DNA of 64,000 nt from contig JBMFRC010000005.1 in assembly GCA_049968235.1 (NCBI GenBank), positions 96,001 through 160,000 on the forward strand, in the 5' to 3' direction. Every line of letters starts with the position of its first letter. The first letter of the stretch is position 1. This document shows positions 40,543 to 52,168 of this stretch, in pieces. The stretch is from Candidatus Hydrogenedens sp. (lineage in GTDB: Bacteria > Hydrogenedentota > Hydrogenedentia > Hydrogenedentales > Hydrogenedentaceae). Under the pieces are notes generated by a model that worked only from the letters and a program-made list of their open reading frames with translations, ran no database searches and was not told where the DNA came from. A program made the position numbers and the translations under genes.

Positions 40543-42477
40543 GTGTGTAATTCTTGCTGTGATATAGAAAATTCCCTAAGTACTAATGCTTCTTGTGGTA
40601 TTTTTTGTGAAGAGGGAGAATTAGGCAATATTACAGTATACCCACAAAATTCTTGTTATTTAAAGGGAGAGAAAGTTCATGTATGGTTTGAAGGGACCAA
40701 TCCGGATTATGATTTTTGTAACTGGTTATCCGATCCCCCTGATATTTATTCTGCTAACAATCCTTTACCTTACACAGTGGTTCAGATAAAAGACCAACCC
40801 CAGTCGCTAATTGCGTTTTGCCAGAAAAATAAGGTAACACTTACAGTAGAGTGTGACTACGCTTCTTTTTTAATGCCTGGGAATAGATTAGAAGTTCCAT
40901 CCGGAGCAAATGTGGCATATACCATAGTTAGTGGAGAACAGGTCCCCTGGCGTTATACTATAGAATATCCAGTAGGTTCCTCAATTGAAGTTTCTGCGAT
41001 ACCTGCCGATGGTTATATAATAGACTGGAAGGGGAATAGTGCTTGTGTTGGGGGATGTAAAGGTATTAGATATTATCAAAATAGTATTAATGTTATGATG
41101 GTGGGTAGTGTCTATTTAAAGCCTTGTGCAACCCACATAAACGATTACGATTTTGATTTTCACACAATGACAATTAGTGCGGTTTATGGGGAGGGTATAT
41201 TGTTAAGTGGCGGATATAATTATTCTCAGGGTGGGTGCGATATACCTCTATTTCCATATGCTTCTGCTTTATCTTATGGCAGATTTCGTGTAGCAGTAGT
41301 TCCAGAATCATTTAAATCTCTAGCATACTGGTATTGCTCTACAGAAAATCTTTATTGCCCTTCTGAAGTAGCAGAAGCAGTTTTCCCAATAAATGGAAAT
41401 AGGACACATTCTGCTAACGCAGTTCTGGTTGATAAGGTTTTTTTAATTACTCCTGACCCATTAGGATTAAAGTACATAGACCATGTTCATTATTATGAAA
41501 ATAATATGGGAGGTATAGCAAAAATAATTACTCCACTTTTATATTCACCATCGAGTTTTGACCCATATCCTTTGGGGTGGAATCCTTTACCATACGGTTC
41601 TACCCATCCCAATGAATTCTGGTCGGTAGAAAATCTCTATGAGTGCCCAGAATGCAATGCGGTGGAACTTGAGCCCATTCCCTGTTTAGGTTCTGAATTC
41701 TTATATTGGGAAGTATCCCCTGATGGTGATGTTTGGATACCTGTCCCTCGCAATCCTATAAATCCAAATCTTACCGTATATATGAATTATTTTGGTTCAT
41801 TTGACCCCATCTACTATCCTGGCGATATACATATTCCCAATGGAGGTGTCACCCTCTATGTTCGACCGGTATTCAAATTGTCTTGTGACTTCGTTTGTGG
41901 ATATTGTTCCGGTCCTGATGGCCGTGATGTAATAATTGATATGTATGAAAATCCCGAGGTATTGTTGGGTGTTCAAATGTATCCTGGTCCAGCACCTGAT
42001 TGCAGTAAATATGTAACAAACCAACAGAACCATCCTGCTCACTATGAAAAAGAGGATTTATTACCATTTAATGTATTACAATGTCACCATGGAACTTTAA
42101 ATTATCCGCACGATGGTTGGGCGATAGAGGACGGGATAGCGGAGTGTTATGATGCAGTAGAGCAAGCATATTCGGGAACGATAAATGTAACATCTGTATA
42201 TCGTTGCCCGGTGAAGAATTCATCTGTTAATGGGAGTTTAACAAGCAAACATCTATTGGGCAAAGCATTTGACTTCGACCAACCAAGTTCAGAAGCCAAC
42301 TGGCGTGTAGCTAAAACAGCATATGAATGTAATAATAATAATGAGATATTATTGTATTATTATGAGAACGGTAATAAAAAATCAGTAAGTTTTTATAAAG
42401 TTTCAGATGAAAATGAAAAACCATGGGAAAAATACATCTTCGAACATGGACATGTTGGGATAGTTTCTGGAGATTAA
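40543..42477 (+). CDS. Cys-rich surface lipoprotein with C-terminal LAS/M15-type zinc peptidase-like domain. The biological start is probably ATG 40407, currently out of frame at the (TATC)8 repeat (phase-variable, OFF configuration).
   Basis: Lipobox 'ILISGC' is in frame just upstream (40492-40509) with no in-frame start between the stop at 40417 and GTG 40543. A strong SD/ATG at 40407 encodes 'MKRLILYSSGY...' but lies in the 0 frame. The C-terminal motifs 'SVYRCPVKNSSVNGSLTSKHLLGKAFDFD' ... 'EHGHVG' fit the M15/LAS zinc-ligand pattern. Confidence 0.6.
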   Translation: MCNSCCDIENSLSTNASCGIFCEEGELGNITVYPQNSCYLKGEKVHVWFEGTNPDYDFCNWLSDPPDIYSANNPLPYTVVQIKDQPQSLIAFCQKNKVTLTVECDYASFLMPGNRLEVPSGANVAYTIVSGEQVPWRYTIEYPVGSSIEVSAIPADGYIIDWKGNSACVGGCKGIRYYQNSINVMMVGSVYLKPCATHINDYDFDFHTMTISAVYGEGILLSGGYNYSQGGCDIPLFPYASALSYGRFRVAVVPESFKSLAYWYCSTENLYCPSEVAEAVFPINGNRTHSANAVLVDKVFLITPDPLGLKYIDHVHYYENNMGGIAKIITPLLYSPSSFDPYPLGWNPLPYGSTHPNEFWSVENLYECPECNAVELEPIPCLGSEFLYWEVSPDGDVWIPVPRNPINPNLTVYMNYFGSFDPIYYPGDIHIPNGGVTLYVRPVFKLSCDFVCGYCSGPDGRDVIIDMYENPEVLLGVQMYPGPAPDCSKYVTNQQNHPAHYEKEDLLPFNVLQCHHGTLNYPHDGWAIEDGIAECYDAVEQAYSGTINVTSVYRCPVKNSSVNGSLTSKHLLGKAFDFDQPSSEANWRVAKTAYECNNNNEILLYYYENGNKKSVSFYKVSDENEKPWEKYIFEHGHVGIVSGD

Positions 42478-42502
42478 TAGTAAAAAGAAGGAGGAAAACG
42501 AT

Positions 42503-43771
42503 ATGACAATTTATCTTAAAACAGGAAAAAAATTCACATTAATATGTTTTTTTATATTATGTATTGTGAAAAATGGATATTCGCAAACAGATATAATTGA
42601 AAGTAAAACGATAAATTGGGGAAAGATTTATTCTTTAGTAGTTATGGAAAGACTTCCTGAATTAGATGCAGAAAAAGAAAGAGAAATATTAGAAGAAACA
42701 GATAAAATTTTACATGAAACGAAGTCTCTTTATAAAGCCTGCAATTTTCTAATGAATGAGGTAGCAGAAAAAGATAGGAAGAGATACTTAATTGTTGGCA
42801 ATAAGAAAATAAAAGAAAAATTAGTGGAATTATTTAAGATGAGGATACAGTGTGAATTAAAAGAGGCAATTCAATCCGACTTGCAAGACAGTATTTTAAG
42901 TAGAAAAGATATTTCAGAAGAAGATAAGATGAGAGTGTTAGAGTCGATAAATAAAGAAAAAGAACTTATGAATAGTACTTTGAATTATTTAATAATGAGA
43001 GATGGTGATATGTGTTTAGATTGTTACATTCGTGATACAGAACTGAAAAAGTTGTTGACGCCCCCACCGGGACAGGAAGAAGAATTTGAACCTGAAGGAG
43101 TATATTATAACATAGAGGCTTTTTATTCAGTAGCTCTTAGTACCTTTGTTCCGGAGATGTATGATTATTTGTGGTTATCAAAATATGATGTAGAAGAGTT
43201 ACCTTATTATCCTTTATATTTTTATATACTTAAGGTCTATCCGAAAGAATTTCTTAATGATATATCCCATGGTTTTATAAGATACAAAGATGGGTATATA
43301 TACCGGAAAGAAGGAGAAGGTTTTCGATGGGAAGATGTGTTTAACATCGCAGGGTTACTAACAGAATATAATTCATCTTTTGTAGAGCAAGAAAAGGATA
43401 GAATTAAAACAATATTGGGAAAATACTTTGAAGATTTTATAGGCAATATAAGGAAGGAAAGAGAAGAACTATTCCTACAAATATCTAGTAATAATAAAAA
43501 AGAGGATAGGACTACTTGCAATAGCATGTTAACAGATACTTTTTTTAAAGAATTGAGACTACGAGAAAAGATGTTAGCGATTTATGAGCGAATAGGAGAG
43601 AAAGAGGATGTAGAGGATATAAAGAAGTTGGCAGAAGATATTCCTTTGGATTATCCGGTGTGGGAGAGCAATCGAGAAGGGGACGAAAAACTAAGAGAAA
43701 GATACCTACAACGGGTGAAGGAACTTCAAGACAGAGTGAAAGTATTGGTTGAGAAATTATCTCAACAATAG
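42503..43771 (+). CDS. Hypothetical secreted, highly charged coiled-coil protein
   Basis: Signal peptide ending 'GYSQ'; K/E-rich; 422 aa; SD 'aggagg' upstream. Confidence 0.55.
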   Translation: MTIYLKTGKKFTLICFFILCIVKNGYSQTDIIESKTINWGKIYSLVVMERLPELDAEKEREILEETDKILHETKSLYKACNFLMNEVAEKDRKRYLIVGNKKIKEKLVELFKMRIQCELKEAIQSDLQDSILSRKDISEEDKMRVLESINKEKELMNSTLNYLIMRDGDMCLDCYIRDTELKKLLTPPPGQEEEFEPEGVYYNIEAFYSVALSTFVPEMYDYLWLSKYDVEELPYYPLYFYILKVYPKEFLNDISHGFIRYKDGYIYRKEGEGFRWEDVFNIAGLLTEYNSSFVEQEKDRIKTILGKYFEDFIGNIRKEREELFLQISSNNKKEDRTTCNSMLTDTFFKELRLREKMLAIYERIGEKEDVEDIKKLAEDIPLDYPVWESNREGDEKLRERYLQRVKELQDRVKVLVEKLSQQ

Positions 43772-44042
43772 AAGGAACATTTCAGAGATTAAAATAACAC
43801 TGTTTGAATACTGCTTTTCTTCTCTACTTTTTAACAGGGGACTTTATTTGATTATAGATAAAAAAAAGAACTGGGGATGAGAGGGGAATAAATTCCTAAA
43901 ATAGATATTTATGTTCATAGGGTACATTTGAAGTATTTTTTTATAATGCGGATTGTAACTTATTGAAGATGGCTTTTATAATGAGGTAAGAAAAATAAGG
44001 AGTATTTTTATTGTTTTAGTTTAGAAAATAGTTCAGTTTATT

Positions 44043-44825
44043 ATGTTAAAGCGTGCGTTAAAGATGAGTTTTTGGGTTTGGTATGATTATATGGGGACAT
44101 GGTTCTTTTTTAATGTGAGTTTTATTTGCCCACTGTTATTTTTGGCTATCCCCTTGTTATCTTATGATGTTGGATATTTTTCTTTATTGGGTGGCTTTTT
44201 ATTCTTTCTGATGGTTGCCTATTTTTACTTTGTAAATGTTTTTGTCTCTGCATTTACAGTTACTATTCTTGAGCATAAAGAAGGATTTCGTGAGAAGCTT
44301 ATTTATGCGTTAAAGATTGTTGTATTCAAGGCAGGTTCGGTGTTCTTTTTGTTCGCACTATTTTTTCTGATTGTATGGGTCAATATCAGATTTTATATAA
44401 GTAGCCAATTTTTTAATTTTCTATGGGTAAGGTATATTCTTTTAGGTCTTTTTATGTGGTTCGGACTGTTTTCTTTTATATCTTTGTTGTGGGTTGTTCC
44501 TTCATTATCGTTTAAGAAAATATCCTTTTGGAAATATGTATACTGGGGATATGTCCTTTTATTAGCCAATCCGTATTTTAGTTTTCAGGTGCTTTTTTGC
44601 TATACTATATTATGTATATTGAATATGTTTCCTTTATTTTTCTTTTTTATGGGCATGGTAATGCCGTCAATTTTTTTGACCTGTGCCTATGAAATTTTAT
44701 CCCGGAAATATGAGGCGATTCAGACCTCAGGGGATAAGTTAGAAGATTATCAAATTTTTAGAGATTACGAAGATGAATTTCTCAACCGAAGTTGGGAACA
44801 TCTCATAAAACCCTGGAAATTATAA
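44043..44825 (+). CDS. Hypothetical polytopic membrane protein, Phe-rich
   Basis: About 6 TM helices; very T-rich coding sequence. Confidence 0.45.
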   Translation: MLKRALKMSFWVWYDYMGTWFFFNVSFICPLLFLAIPLLSYDVGYFSLLGGFLFFLMVAYFYFVNVFVSAFTVTILEHKEGFREKLIYALKIVVFKAGSVFFLFALFFLIVWVNIRFYISSQFFNFLWVRYILLGLFMWFGLFSFISLLWVVPSLSFKKISFWKYVYWGYVLLLANPYFSFQVLFCYTILCILNMFPLFFFFMGMVMPSIFLTCAYEILSRKYEAIQTSGDKLEDYQIFRDYEDEFLNRSWEHLIKPWKL

Positions 44826-44836
44826 CCACGTTTTAA

Positions 44837-46153
<1,317 letters not shown>

Positions 46154-46243
46154 ATTCGTATATATACTCATTTTTAGTGTATAATATATAAATAGATGAT
46201 GTATAATATTAATAATAAATACAGGAGCATGTGACGCAAGTAA

Positions 46244-46540
46244 ATGCAAAGATTAAAGCAGATACTGCGTTTTATATTAGTTTTAACAGTGGCATGTGCT
46301 TTTGCGTATACCTATTTTGTCCATCGTGATATTGCTAATCGTTATAAACAAGTAAAACAAGCAGAAGTTCAATTTCAACAATTAGTTCAACAAATTCGTG
46401 ATTTGGTGGAGCAAAAGAGTTCTTTAGAAAAAGAAATAGAACGGCTTAAAGCAGACCAGTTAAAACAGGAAGAATCGGTGCGTAAGAATAAAGGCTGGGT
46501 TTACCCGGGTGAAAAGATTCTAAGGCTGGAAGAACGATGA
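46244..46540 (+). CDS. Septum formation initiator family protein (FtsB/DivIC-like)
   Basis: N-terminal TM helix plus a coiled-coil, immediately downstream of eno (a common arrangement). Confidence 0.5.
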   Translation: MQRLKQILRFILVLTVACAFAYTYFVHRDIANRYKQVKQAEVQFQQLVQQIRDLVEQKSSLEKEIERLKADQLKQEESVRKNKGWVYPGEKILRLEER

Positions 46541-46567
46541 TAAAGGAGTTCTTAATAATAATCGGGC

Positions 46568-47626
46568 ATGAGTAAGATACGATTAAAGAGAGAAACAATT
46601 TCGACCCATGAAATTGTAATTCACAATCATGATGAATTGATTAAATTATTGGGGGTAAACGGTGAAATTCGCAAACGCGTATGCGACCAAACGCGAGTAC
46701 AGGTGATTGACCGTGGAGGAAAGGTCCTTTTAATTGGTGAATATACAGAAGCCCGCAAAGTAAGCGATATACTGAATCATTTGTTGTATGCCGTTCGTAA
46801 AGGATATACTCCAACCCCTGCTGATTTTGACCTTGCACTGGAAGATTATCCGGATATGAAAAATAAGGTTGCAATAGCCGAAACATCTGAAATACAAACT
46901 GCAAAACTTTCCGTTCCGGGACTAAGACCCGAAATAAAAGTTCAACCTCGTTCAAAAGGACAGGTAGAATATCTGGAAACTGTTCAGCAGTGCGAAATGA
47001 CCTTTGTAATAGGTCCTGCGGGTACCGGGAAGACCTATCTTGCGATGGCTTCGGCAGTGTCTGCTTTACTCAACAAACAAGTGCGGAGATTGGTTTTAAC
47101 CCGACCTGCGGTGGAAGCAGGTGAAAATCTGGGTTATTTACCCGGAGCCTTAGAAGAAAAAGTCCATCCCTATTTACGACCTCTCTACGATGCTTTGTAT
47201 TCAATGGTGGATTTTGAACGGGTTCAGCGATGGATAGAACAGGAACGGATTGAAGTGGCTCCATTGGCTTTTATGAGAGGTCGTTCACTGGACCATGCCT
47301 TTGTGATATTGGATGAAGCCCAGAATACAACGAGTGACCAGATGCTTATGTTCCTGACACGTTTGGGTGAGGGTTCACGTGCTATCATTACAGGCGATAT
47401 AACGCAGATTGATTTGCCAAAAGGGAAAACATCTGGACTGGTGGAAAGTCGTCGAATTCTTGAAGGGATTCCAGGAATAGGTATCGTCCACCTAACGAAG
47501 CGTGATGTAGTTCGGCATCCCTTAGTACAGAGAATTATTGACGCTTATGAATCGCATGGCAGGTTATCCAATCCCGATGCTACGCAACTCCAGTCCGATG
47601 AAAAACGGAGTGAGCATAGGCTATGA
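46568..47626 (+). CDS. phoH: PhoH-like ATPase (PhoH/YbeZ)
   Basis: Walker A 'GPAGTGKTYLAM' and 'DEAQNTT'. Confidence 0.85.
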   Translation: MSKIRLKRETISTHEIVIHNHDELIKLLGVNGEIRKRVCDQTRVQVIDRGGKVLLIGEYTEARKVSDILNHLLYAVRKGYTPTPADFDLALEDYPDMKNKVAIAETSEIQTAKLSVPGLRPEIKVQPRSKGQVEYLETVQQCEMTFVIGPAGTGKTYLAMASAVSALLNKQVRRLVLTRPAVEAGENLGYLPGALEEKVHPYLRPLYDALYSMVDFERVQRWIEQERIEVAPLAFMRGRSLDHAFVILDEAQNTTSDQMLMFLTRLGEGSRAIITGDITQIDLPKGKTSGLVESRRILEGIPGIGIVHLTKRDVVRHPLVQRIIDAYESHGRLSNPDATQLQSDEKRSEHRL

Positions 47627-50145
47627 GCGAAAATTCCGGGACTCAACGAAAAATTGGGTTCCCGTCATCAAAAATAATTTCCGAAACAAAAGGATTGCAA
47701 AGGAAGCGGTTCCTTAATGCACATATTCTTTTGACGGGTATTGTCGCTACAATTCTCTCTGCTTTCCTTATTACTACCCCAGTAAATCGCGAGACATTGA
47801 CACCGGAAGAGGTAGACCGTGAAATCGTAGCACGACAGGAACTCCGGGCTGATTTTAGTTTCCAGACGGAAGATGTTAAAGCGACCCAGGAAGCCAAAAA
47901 TCAAGCACGGATAAAAGTTCCACCTCATTACCGTGTTGAACAGGAAAAAGTGCAAGGACAAATTCAAACCCTACAACAAAGAATCTCGCAGTTTCAGGAA
48001 ATACGTACACGGATATTGGAGAATTATTTTCATCAGAAGAAAAATTCAGACCTGTTCGATTTATCCCAGGTCCTTTCCTACGCCCAGAACGAATTTAACA
48101 AAGCCTATCCTTCTTTTCAATGGAGTCAGGATATTGAAAGTGAAAAATTGGTAATGTGGGTCCTTGCGGATATTGATACAGAGATTCAAAATAGAATAAA
48201 TACCCTATCTAATGAACTCAATCCTATTATTCCGAACGATGGAATGCCTGCACCGGCAAATCCGTCCTTTCCATTATTCAATGCAATGCGGAAAATTGCT
48301 GAAGACAGTCTCAGTTATGTATTAAATGAAGGAATAATTTCAAACAAAGAACAACAGACCGCAGGGCTAAAGGTAATTGTCGTCAGAGGAAGTCCTGCTT
48401 CTGACCAGAAAACCAGTGAAGAGATTGAATTACGAACCATACCGGATGTCAAATATGCCATAGAAGAAAAGTTAAAACCTCGTATTCAAGAGGAAGTTCG
48501 CAAAATAACAAAACAAAATATAACATCGTTTGATTGGGTTAAGATATATGAAACTATTTTATACACAGTCAGCGACCTCGTTACAGAAACATTACAATAC
48601 GACCCGGTATCTACTGAAATTGTTCGTGAACGGACTGCGGAATCTGTTACTCCTATTATGAAAGAAATTGCCGTAGGAGAGATAATTCAGGAACGGGGAA
48701 AACGCTGGACATTAGAATCCCGTTCTGATGCGAAAACGTACTTAAAACTTTTAGAACAGAGTCAGGGGAAAACGTCGCGATGGATTTTTTCTTTTGTGGC
48801 TCATTTAATACTTGCTTCGCTGGCTTTTTTAAGTCTTTATCGTGCTATTTGCCTCTGGGAACATAAGGGCGAACCCTCAATTGAAACTCTATGGTATCTC
48901 GCTTTACTTCTTATGGTGGGGATTCTTATTTTAGGTCGTGGCATGCAATATTTTGACGCCACAGGCTTCGCTATTCCAGTAACCATTGTAGGGATATTGT
49001 TTGCTATATTAGTGCAAATGCGGTTATCTGCTTTTCTGTCTTTTATTACATGCGTAATGTTATCCATCCTATTTCGTTATGATTGGAGACTTCTTATTTT
49101 TGACCTCGCCATGACTATGGGAGCCGTTTTTTCAATTTATCGTGTCCGCAAAAGAAGAGATATAACATCTGCTTCATTAAGTGGCGTTATTGTAGGTTTT
49201 CTTGCTCTTCTGGCAATTACATTAACTACGGATACACTAATTAGTGAAACTACTATTCGGAGACTATTCCTTCTGGGGATAAATGGAAGTTTATGTATTT
49301 TACTTGTTCCAGGAATTCTTCCATTTTTAGAACGATTATTCGGCATAGTAACAGATTTTCAATTGTTAGAGTATTCTGACCTGAATAATGCCATTCTAAA
49401 AAAACTGGCAGTTCAGGCACCAGCAACCTATTCTCATAGTCTCATTTTAGGGCAATTAGCCGAATCCGCTGCAGATGCGATAGAAGCCAACGGATTACTT
49501 GCTCGTGTTTGTGCTTATTATCATGACATTGGAAAAATGAATCGTTCTGAATATTTTTATGAAAATCAAAATGGCAATAATATCCATGATACACTTTCGC
49601 CGAGGAATAGTGTCCGAATTATCCTTTCGCATGTTACAGAGGGAATTAAATTGGCTCAAGAATACCGTTTACCAAAACCCATTATTGAAGCGATTGCCCA
49701 ACACCATGGCACTTTTCGTATTAGTTACTTCTATCATTTGGCTTTAGAACAACAGAAGTTCGGTGATGTAAATGAACAGGATTACCGTTATCCCGGACCG
49801 AAACCTCAAAAGCCTGAGTATGCAATTATTATGATTTGCGACGCTGCAGAATCTGCTGTTCGTTCCATTAAAAATCCCAATCCTGAAAGAATTCGTATGA
49901 TGGTAGACCGTATTGTAACCGAACGTGCAAATGACGGGCAGTTTGATGAATGTGACCTGACACTGCGTCAGTTGAATATCATTATTGAGGAAGTATCCCG
50001 GGTCCTGTCTTCCCTACTTCATCTCCGACCTTCATACCCCAACAATCAAATTGCTGATGAACATGTCTCTACAATCGTTCAGCGGAATAATCCCAGAGAA
50101 GAGTCGGAGGTCCTATCCGACAAACCAACAATATCGGGGGAATAA
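47623..50145 (+). CDS. 7TM receptor with intracellular HD hydrolase (7TMR-HDED, YqfF-like)
   Basis: Seven hydrophobic helices plus the HD motif 'YYHDIGK'. Follows phoH as in the phoH-yqfF-ybeY module. Confidence 0.8.
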   Translation: MSENSGTQRKIGFPSSKIISETKGLQRKRFLNAHILLTGIVATILSAFLITTPVNRETLTPEEVDREIVARQELRADFSFQTEDVKATQEAKNQARIKVPPHYRVEQEKVQGQIQTLQQRISQFQEIRTRILENYFHQKKNSDLFDLSQVLSYAQNEFNKAYPSFQWSQDIESEKLVMWVLADIDTEIQNRINTLSNELNPIIPNDGMPAPANPSFPLFNAMRKIAEDSLSYVLNEGIISNKEQQTAGLKVIVVRGSPASDQKTSEEIELRTIPDVKYAIEEKLKPRIQEEVRKITKQNITSFDWVKIYETILYTVSDLVTETLQYDPVSTEIVRERTAESVTPIMKEIAVGEIIQERGKRWTLESRSDAKTYLKLLEQSQGKTSRWIFSFVAHLILASLAFLSLYRAICLWEHKGEPSIETLWYLALLLMVGILILGRGMQYFDATGFAIPVTIVGILFAILVQMRLSAFLSFITCVMLSILFRYDWRLLIFDLAMTMGAVFSIYRVRKRRDITSASLSGVIVGFLALLAITLTTDTLISETTIRRLFLLGINGSLCILLVPGILPFLERLFGIVTDFQLLEYSDLNNAILKKLAVQAPATYSHSLILGQLAESAADAIEANGLLARVCAYYHDIGKMNRSEYFYENQNGNNIHDTLSPRNSVRIILSHVTEGIKLAQEYRLPKPIIEAIAQHHGTFRISYFYHLALEQQKFGDVNEQDYRYPGPKPQKPEYAIIMICDAAESAVRSIKNPNPERIRMMVDRIVTERANDGQFDECDLTLRQLNIIIEEVSRVLSSLLHLRPSYPNNQIADEHVSTIVQRNNPREESEVLSDKPTISGE

Positions 50146-50149
50146 ACAA

Positions 50150-50638
50150 ATGATTCATATCAAAGTAGTAAACCTGTCTTTACATAAGAAAGCATATAGT
50201 CCCATACGGTTAAAAAAAATTGCTGAAAAAATTTTAGAGGAAGAAGGCTTTGAAAAAAAGGATTATGAATTAAGTCTTGTGTTCTGTGATGATGAATTTA
50301 TTCAAAACCTTAATAAAATATATCGAAAAAAAGATACGCCCACAGATGTTCTTTCCTTTTCAGTTCCTAAAAATTTCCCGGTCGGAGAGGTTTCATGTCT
50401 CGGTGAAATTGTTATCTCTCTGGAAACAGTCTTTAATAAATATGCGGATAATCCCGAAAAGGCAAAGCAGGAAATATATTTGCTATTTTGTCATGCCTTA
50501 TTACACCTATTAGGATATGTCCATGACACTACTCAACAACGAAAGGAGATGATGAAAAAGCAGGCAAAGTATCTAAATATTGATTTAAATTTTGCGTGGA
50601 TTAAATATCCTACAAAAATAGAAAAAAGAGGAAGGTAA
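50150..50638 (+). CDS. ybeY: Endoribonuclease YbeY (start at MIHIK; the longer ORF from 49985 overlaps the upstream gene)
   Basis: Zinc-binding motif 'HALLHLLGYVH'. Confidence 0.8.
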   Translation: MIHIKVVNLSLHKKAYSPIRLKKIAEKILEEEGFEKKDYELSLVFCDDEFIQNLNKIYRKKDTPTDVLSFSVPKNFPVGEVSCLGEIVISLETVFNKYADNPEKAKQEIYLLFCHALLHLLGYVHDTTQQRKEMMKKQAKYLNIDLNFAWIKYPTKIEKRGR

Positions 50639-50656
50639 ACGATATAATAAACTGAA

Positions 50657-52168
50657 ATGGATATTGATAGAGAAAACAAAAAGAAAGAGCAGACGAACAA
50701 GAAAGCATTTCAGAGACAAAGTATTTTTAGATTTAAATATTTATTATATTTATTCATATGGGTATCGGTATTTCTTTTCTTAATCTTGTGTCAAAATGGC
50801 AGTTACGCTTTTCAAATTGAAACGGTGGAGAAATTACAGGATTACTTCCCGGTCCATATTTTGATACTTTCTTTATGCCTGCTCTGCTCTTCTGCTTTTT
50901 TTTCCGCTACGGAGATGGCTTTTTTTGCTATTCGCGGAACGCAACTAAAATCGATGCAAAAGAGTTCCTATTTCCGTGATAAATTAATTGCACAGTTAAT
51001 GACATCTCCGCCAGACCTGCTTACTTCGATTTTAATGGGGAATGCAATTGTAAATATTGGGTTAAGCATTGCTTTTGGGAGTCGTTTGGAAAAATACATT
51101 ATCACTCAGTTATTGCCCACTTCAATAGCCTCACCGCTCATTTCATACACATTGTCTTGTCTCTTTTCAACCTTTATACTTATTTTTGGAGGAGAAGTAA
51201 CTCCAAAATTATTGGCTTCACGGTATGTGGAAAGTTATGCCCGTTCTGTGGTGTTTCTTGTGTACATCATTCATACATTATTTACTCCCATTCGCAAATT
51301 ACTCCTTTCCTCTATTGGTCTTACTTTCCGTATTACTCGGTTTAGTTCCATTCCGCCATCTCCCTGGGTTACAGATGATGAATTGAAACTTCTTGTTCAG
51401 GAGGAAGGACTGTCCGATGTAATTGCAGAAGATGAACGAAAGATGATACGGGGGATTTTGGAATTTCGTGATGAACCTGTAAAAAGGATACTTATCCCAA
51501 GAACAGAAATTGTTGCTATTCCGGATGATGCAACTGTTGCGGAAGCGTGGGAAATCTTTTGTGAACATGAGTATTCCCGAATGCCCATATATCATGAAAA
51601 TCTGGACCATATTGTCGGTGTTCTATATGCGAAAGATTTATTGGATTATATTGAAAGGAAATTATGGAAACAACCCGTTAAGCCAATAGGGAGAAAAGCC
51701 CTTTTTATTCCCGATATCATGGCAATTTCTGAATCTATCAAAACAGCACAAAAATTGAATACACATCTTGCTATTGTTGTGGATGAGTATGGTGGAACGG
51801 CAGGTCTGGTTACCTTACACGATGCATTGAGCGCCATTGTCGGAGAAATATCCGATGATGAAAGTGAGGAAGAGATTCTTTATACAAAAATTAACGAAGA
51901 AGAATATATATTGGATGGGAAAATGCCTATCTCTGAATTAGAAGAATTAATACATGTTTCTCTGGACGACCCTGAACATACAACTATCGCCGGATATTTA
52001 TTAAAACAAAATGAGAATCTAATGTGTCAGGGAGATTCCCTCATTGTGGGTCCATTACAATTTACAGTGGAAAAGATGGATGGAAAACGAATTGCTCAAG
52101 TAAGATTAAAGATTGAAAAGACAAAAGAGACCCCTGCTGATGAGGAATACGGAGGAGAAGAACTATGA
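50657..52168 (+). CDS. CNNM/CorC/HlyC-family transporter (DUF21 TM domain + CBS pair + CorC_HlyC)
   Basis: N-terminal 4-TM DUF21, a CBS pair and the C-terminal transporter-associated domain. Confidence 0.8.
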   Translation: MDIDRENKKKEQTNKKAFQRQSIFRFKYLLYLFIWVSVFLFLILCQNGSYAFQIETVEKLQDYFPVHILILSLCLLCSSAFFSATEMAFFAIRGTQLKSMQKSSYFRDKLIAQLMTSPPDLLTSILMGNAIVNIGLSIAFGSRLEKYIITQLLPTSIASPLISYTLSCLFSTFILIFGGEVTPKLLASRYVESYARSVVFLVYIIHTLFTPIRKLLLSSIGLTFRITRFSSIPPSPWVTDDELKLLVQEEGLSDVIAEDERKMIRGILEFRDEPVKRILIPRTEIVAIPDDATVAEAWEIFCEHEYSRMPIYHENLDHIVGVLYAKDLLDYIERKLWKQPVKPIGRKALFIPDIMAISESIKTAQKLNTHLAIVVDEYGGTAGLVTLHDALSAIVGEISDDESEEEILYTKINEEEYILDGKMPISELEELIHVSLDDPEHTTIAGYLLKQNENLMCQGDSLIVGPLQFTVEKMDGKRIAQVRLKIEKTKETPADEEYGGEEL

